Of a stretch of DNA of 64,000 nt, positions 63,220 to 64,000 are shown piece after piece. Each line of letters opens with the position of its first letter. Position 1 is the stretch's first letter. Source of the stretch: Pirellulales bacterium (GTDB lineage Bacteria > Planctomycetota > Planctomycetia > Pirellulales > PALSA-1355); the NCBI GenBank assembly GCA_963733035.1, contig CAVTBU010000008.1:448001-512000 (forward strand), in the 5' to 3' direction. The translations under genes were made by a program, and so were the position numbers. A model generated the notes under the pieces. It was given only the letters and a program-made list of their open reading frames with translations, was not told the origin of the DNA and did not search any database.

Positions 63220-63586
63220 TCGCGAAGGACGGTCAGCCTTGGAATCAATCGCTTTGAACTGGAACACATGGGCCGCGGCCCCCCAGGAGATTCACGCTCA
63301 TTTGATCGGCGATCTCCTAGTGGTGCGTCTCGTCGGCGTGTTGACTCTGACCGAACGGCAACTCATTAACGTGGTCGATGCCGAGCAGGGGCGCGACTTA
63401 GTCAAGCAAGTCCGGACGCATCTGATCGAAACGGCACGGCCAGTGTTGCAAGCCATGATCGAGAAGGGCACCGGGGTTCAGTTGATCAGCCTGAACCATG
63501 ACCTCAATACAGTCGGTGAAGAGTTGTTCATCTTCACCCTCGCTACGGCTTCCCGTGTACGCGAAGCAATAAAGAATGGGAATTGA
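63220..63586 (+). pseudogene. DUF2294/MpsC-like protein, frameshifted in a C-run near 63281, no clear start codon
   Basis: GINRFELEHMGRGP in one frame, then QEIHAHLIGDLLVVRLVGVLT..GRDLVKQVR..SLNHDL..GEELFIFTL. Confidence 0.75.
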
Positions 63587-63597
63587 ATAGTTGAACC

Positions 63598-63816
63598 ATG
63601 AAAACTCAGAATGCCGGCACTTTCATCTACCATTGCATCTCATGCGGCCGCGTCGTGCATGCCGAGCTGGACGGCGAGCCGCCCCAATGCTGCGGGCACG
63701 CAATGACGAAAGCCTGCGCGGAGGCGATCCACGAAGGCGACCTCGCTGGAGAGATGGCGGGCGGCGAAACCGAAACGCCGCCGCCGGTGATTAAAGGCAG
63801 CAAGAAGCTCCGGTGA
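63598..63816 (+). CDS. Small desulforedoxin-like Cys-rich protein
   Basis: YHCISCGRVV..CCGHAM (C-x2-C-x14-CC). Confidence 0.6.
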   Translation: MKTQNAGTFIYHCISCGRVVHAELDGEPPQCCGHAMTKACAEAIHEGDLAGEMAGGETETPPPVIKGSKKLR

Positions 63817-63852
63817 TCCGCATTCGGCTTAATTCGAAACTGGAGAACTGAA

Positions 63853-64000
63853 ATGCTTGGCACCATTCTGCTGGTGGTTCTGATTCTGTTGCTACTGGGT
63901 GTGCTTCCCACTTGGCCTCACAGCAGAAGCTGGGGCTATGGCCCGAGTGGTGGGCTTGGATTGATTGTCGTAATTCTGATCATCCTAATACTCCTGGGAT
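63853..64000 (+). CDS. DUF3309 family small membrane protein (stop beyond the window)
   Basis: Manual translation MLGTILLVVLILLLLGVLPTWPHSRSWGYGPSGGLGLIVVILIILILLG; GGAG RBS. Confidence 0.88.
   Translation, partial: MLGTILLVVLILLLLGVLPTWPHSRSWGYGPSGGLGLIVVILIILILLG

Noticed and set aside
1..64000. CRISPR array, rRNA, IS transposase
   Set aside because: No regularly spaced repeats, rRNA-like sequence or transposase motifs seen by eye.

Overview
GC-rich bacterial DNA, most likely a planctomycete, judged from DUF1571, an ECF sigma/Ser-Thr kinase-WD40 pair, PEP-CTERM proteins, a MoxR-BatA operon and a sulfatase. From left to right: (1) 1-5.5 kb, minus strand: sugar-modification cluster (EamA, GHMP kinase, DegT aminotransferase, RmlD-like reductase, tandem GDPD). 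(2) 5.7-24.6 kb, minus strand: MoxR-DUF58-BatA/vWA envelope operon. (3) 24.9-30.7 kb: acsA-pdhABC-ACP cluster behind a sigma54-like promoter. (4) 32.5-45.7 kb, plus strand: ROK-regulated catabolic operon. Its transaldolase carries sulfofructose-transaldolase (SqvA)-type residues and sits with a deacetylase, an atypical NagB-like enzyme, TauE and a sulfatase. This is the best candidate for an undescribed system, a sulfo-aminosugar catabolic pathway. (5) ECF plus kinase-WD40 and a double PEP-CTERM ORF. (6) 51.6-55.9 kb: integration hotspot with two integrase 3' fragments, cargo genes and a tRNA-Ser(CGA) 3' fragment flanked on both sides by paired TTGGCTACA repeats. (7) 55.9-64 kb: CheBR-PAS kinase/NarL, BON, CsrA and small stress-type genes. 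About nine genes have 1-2 nt frameshifts, probably assembly errors. All family calls come from motif recognition by eye; no searches were run.
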